Below are positions 63,061-64,000 of a DNA stretch of 64,000 nt, in pieces. The notes beneath the pieces were generated by a model. The model was not told the origin of the DNA. It saw only the letters and a program-made list of their open reading frames with translations, and made no database searches. A program made the position numbers and the translations under genes. The number at the start of each line of letters is the position of its first letter. Position 1 is the stretch's first letter. This DNA is from Takakia lepidozioides (Eukaryota; Plantae; Bryophyta). Location of the stretch: contig CM060731.1 in NCBI GenBank assembly GCA_030704615.1, positions 22,444,001 to 22,508,000 of the forward strand, given 5' to 3'.

Positions 63061-63342
63061 ACGCAGAGTGCGGAGTACACTTCCCTCAATGGTCTCTCTG
63101 CCTACCGAGACGGTACAAGCAGTGAGTGGGGGCGAGCATGTGAGGACCACGGGTGCATGCATCCATGGCACACGTGGGAGGTGCTCGAGGTTCAGAGGGA
63201 GTTGGCAGCCAAGGCGGCTGTGATAGATGAGGTTGGGGATTCTTCTCGGGTTGAGGAGGTCCTCAATGATGAGATGATGGGGCAGGATGAGGTCTTGTCA
63301 TTGACTGAGCAGGCATGGAGTACTGCTCAAGAGGTTGCAGCA

Positions 63343-63351
63343 TAGCAACCA
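63343..63351 (+). promoter_or_regulatory. Putative stop-codon readthrough signal UAG-CAA-CCA
   Basis: Matches the UAG-CAR-YYA consensus; identical in C (19375-19367, minus); the downstream frame runs straight into RT. Confidence 0.7.
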
Positions 63352-64000
63352 CGGGACGCGTCCTCTACCTCTAAGCCCACTGGACTTAAGGTTGTAGTTA
63401 CGGAGGACAATTGGGAGCCTGACATTGGACCCATTGTCACCGGAGGAGAGAGACGACGTATACGGCGGTTCCTGAGGGCTTACAGGAATTGCTTTGCCTT
63501 CAGTCTGAAGGACTTGGGAGCACTGAAGGGTCAAGAGATCCGTATTGAGTTGGCCACTGACACGCCAATCTTTCGGAGACCCTATAGATACAGTGACATG
63601 GAGAGGTCTTTGATTCAGATGAGGACTCAAGATCTCTGGGAGGCAGGTTTGGTGGAGCTCTCTGGTGGAGAGTATGCTTCAGCCACAGTGATGCCAGCCA
63701 AGAAGGATGTCTATGGCAATTGGACGGAGAGACGTATGTGCGGTGATTACCGGCCTGTAAATCGTCAGACCAAGTCCGATAAGTATGCCATGCCAACACC
63801 AGAGGAGATCTTTGATGCCATCGGGCATGCTAAGGCCTTTAGCACTTTGGATTTACGATCCGGATATCACCAGTTGCCAATCAAGGAGGCGGACAAGCAG
63901 AAGACCGCATTCTGGGGGATCAATGAGCACGGCAAGGATTGCCTATACCAGTGGCGGTTCTTACCATTTGGGCTTAAGAATGCTCCTGCAGAGTTTCAGA
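63346..64000 (+). CDS. Element D RT (N-terminal part, runs off the window)
   Basis: Open frame ...RMCGDYRPVN...[12 protein letters not shown]...LPFGLKNAPAEFQ. Confidence 0.92.

Larger units (their letters stand above)
55761..64000 (+). mobile_element. Element D, second member of the DNMT-Gypsy family (3' part outside the window)
   Basis: Starts TGTCAAGTTA like C; 55761-56087 is homologous to A1 of C; gag-PR-DNMT-RT collinear with C. Confidence 0.92.

Overview
This is TE-rich nuclear DNA, most likely from a non-seed land plant (inferred from a PLS-DYW editing PPR, a WAT1/UMAMIT transporter and a squalene-hopene cyclase fragment). It holds four Ty3/Gypsy elements. A (1-4485, minus) is an ordinary chromovirus-like element, with a related solo LTR at 12717-13444. 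B (5503-13551, plus) is a decayed element with a dUTPase-like domain and a tRNA-Ala PBS. C (15483-27566, minus, complete, 4-bp TSD) and D (55761 to past 64000, plus) belong to one unusual family. Combining both copies gives Gag - protease - C5 DNA methyltransferase - [UAG-CAA-CCA readthrough-type stop] - RT/RNaseH - integrase - PHD finger. C has split direct repeats (A1...B1-gc-A2-x-B2) rather than ordinary LTRs, and B shows the same layout with a much shorter second repeat. C and D have no tRNA PBS; a covarying self-complementary segment sits there instead. Their long leaders carry different cargo: a squalene-hopene cyclase fragment in C and a 10-mer array in D. Host genes are a Mn-dependent ADP-ribose/CDP-alcohol diphosphatase, a 7-exon WAT1-like transporter, and a PLS-E-DYW PPR gene preceded by five tandem two-exon OSB-type 'PDF' ssDNA-binding modules, one of them interrupted by a LINE. 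Many single-base indels in the TE ORFs may be assembly errors rather than real decay.
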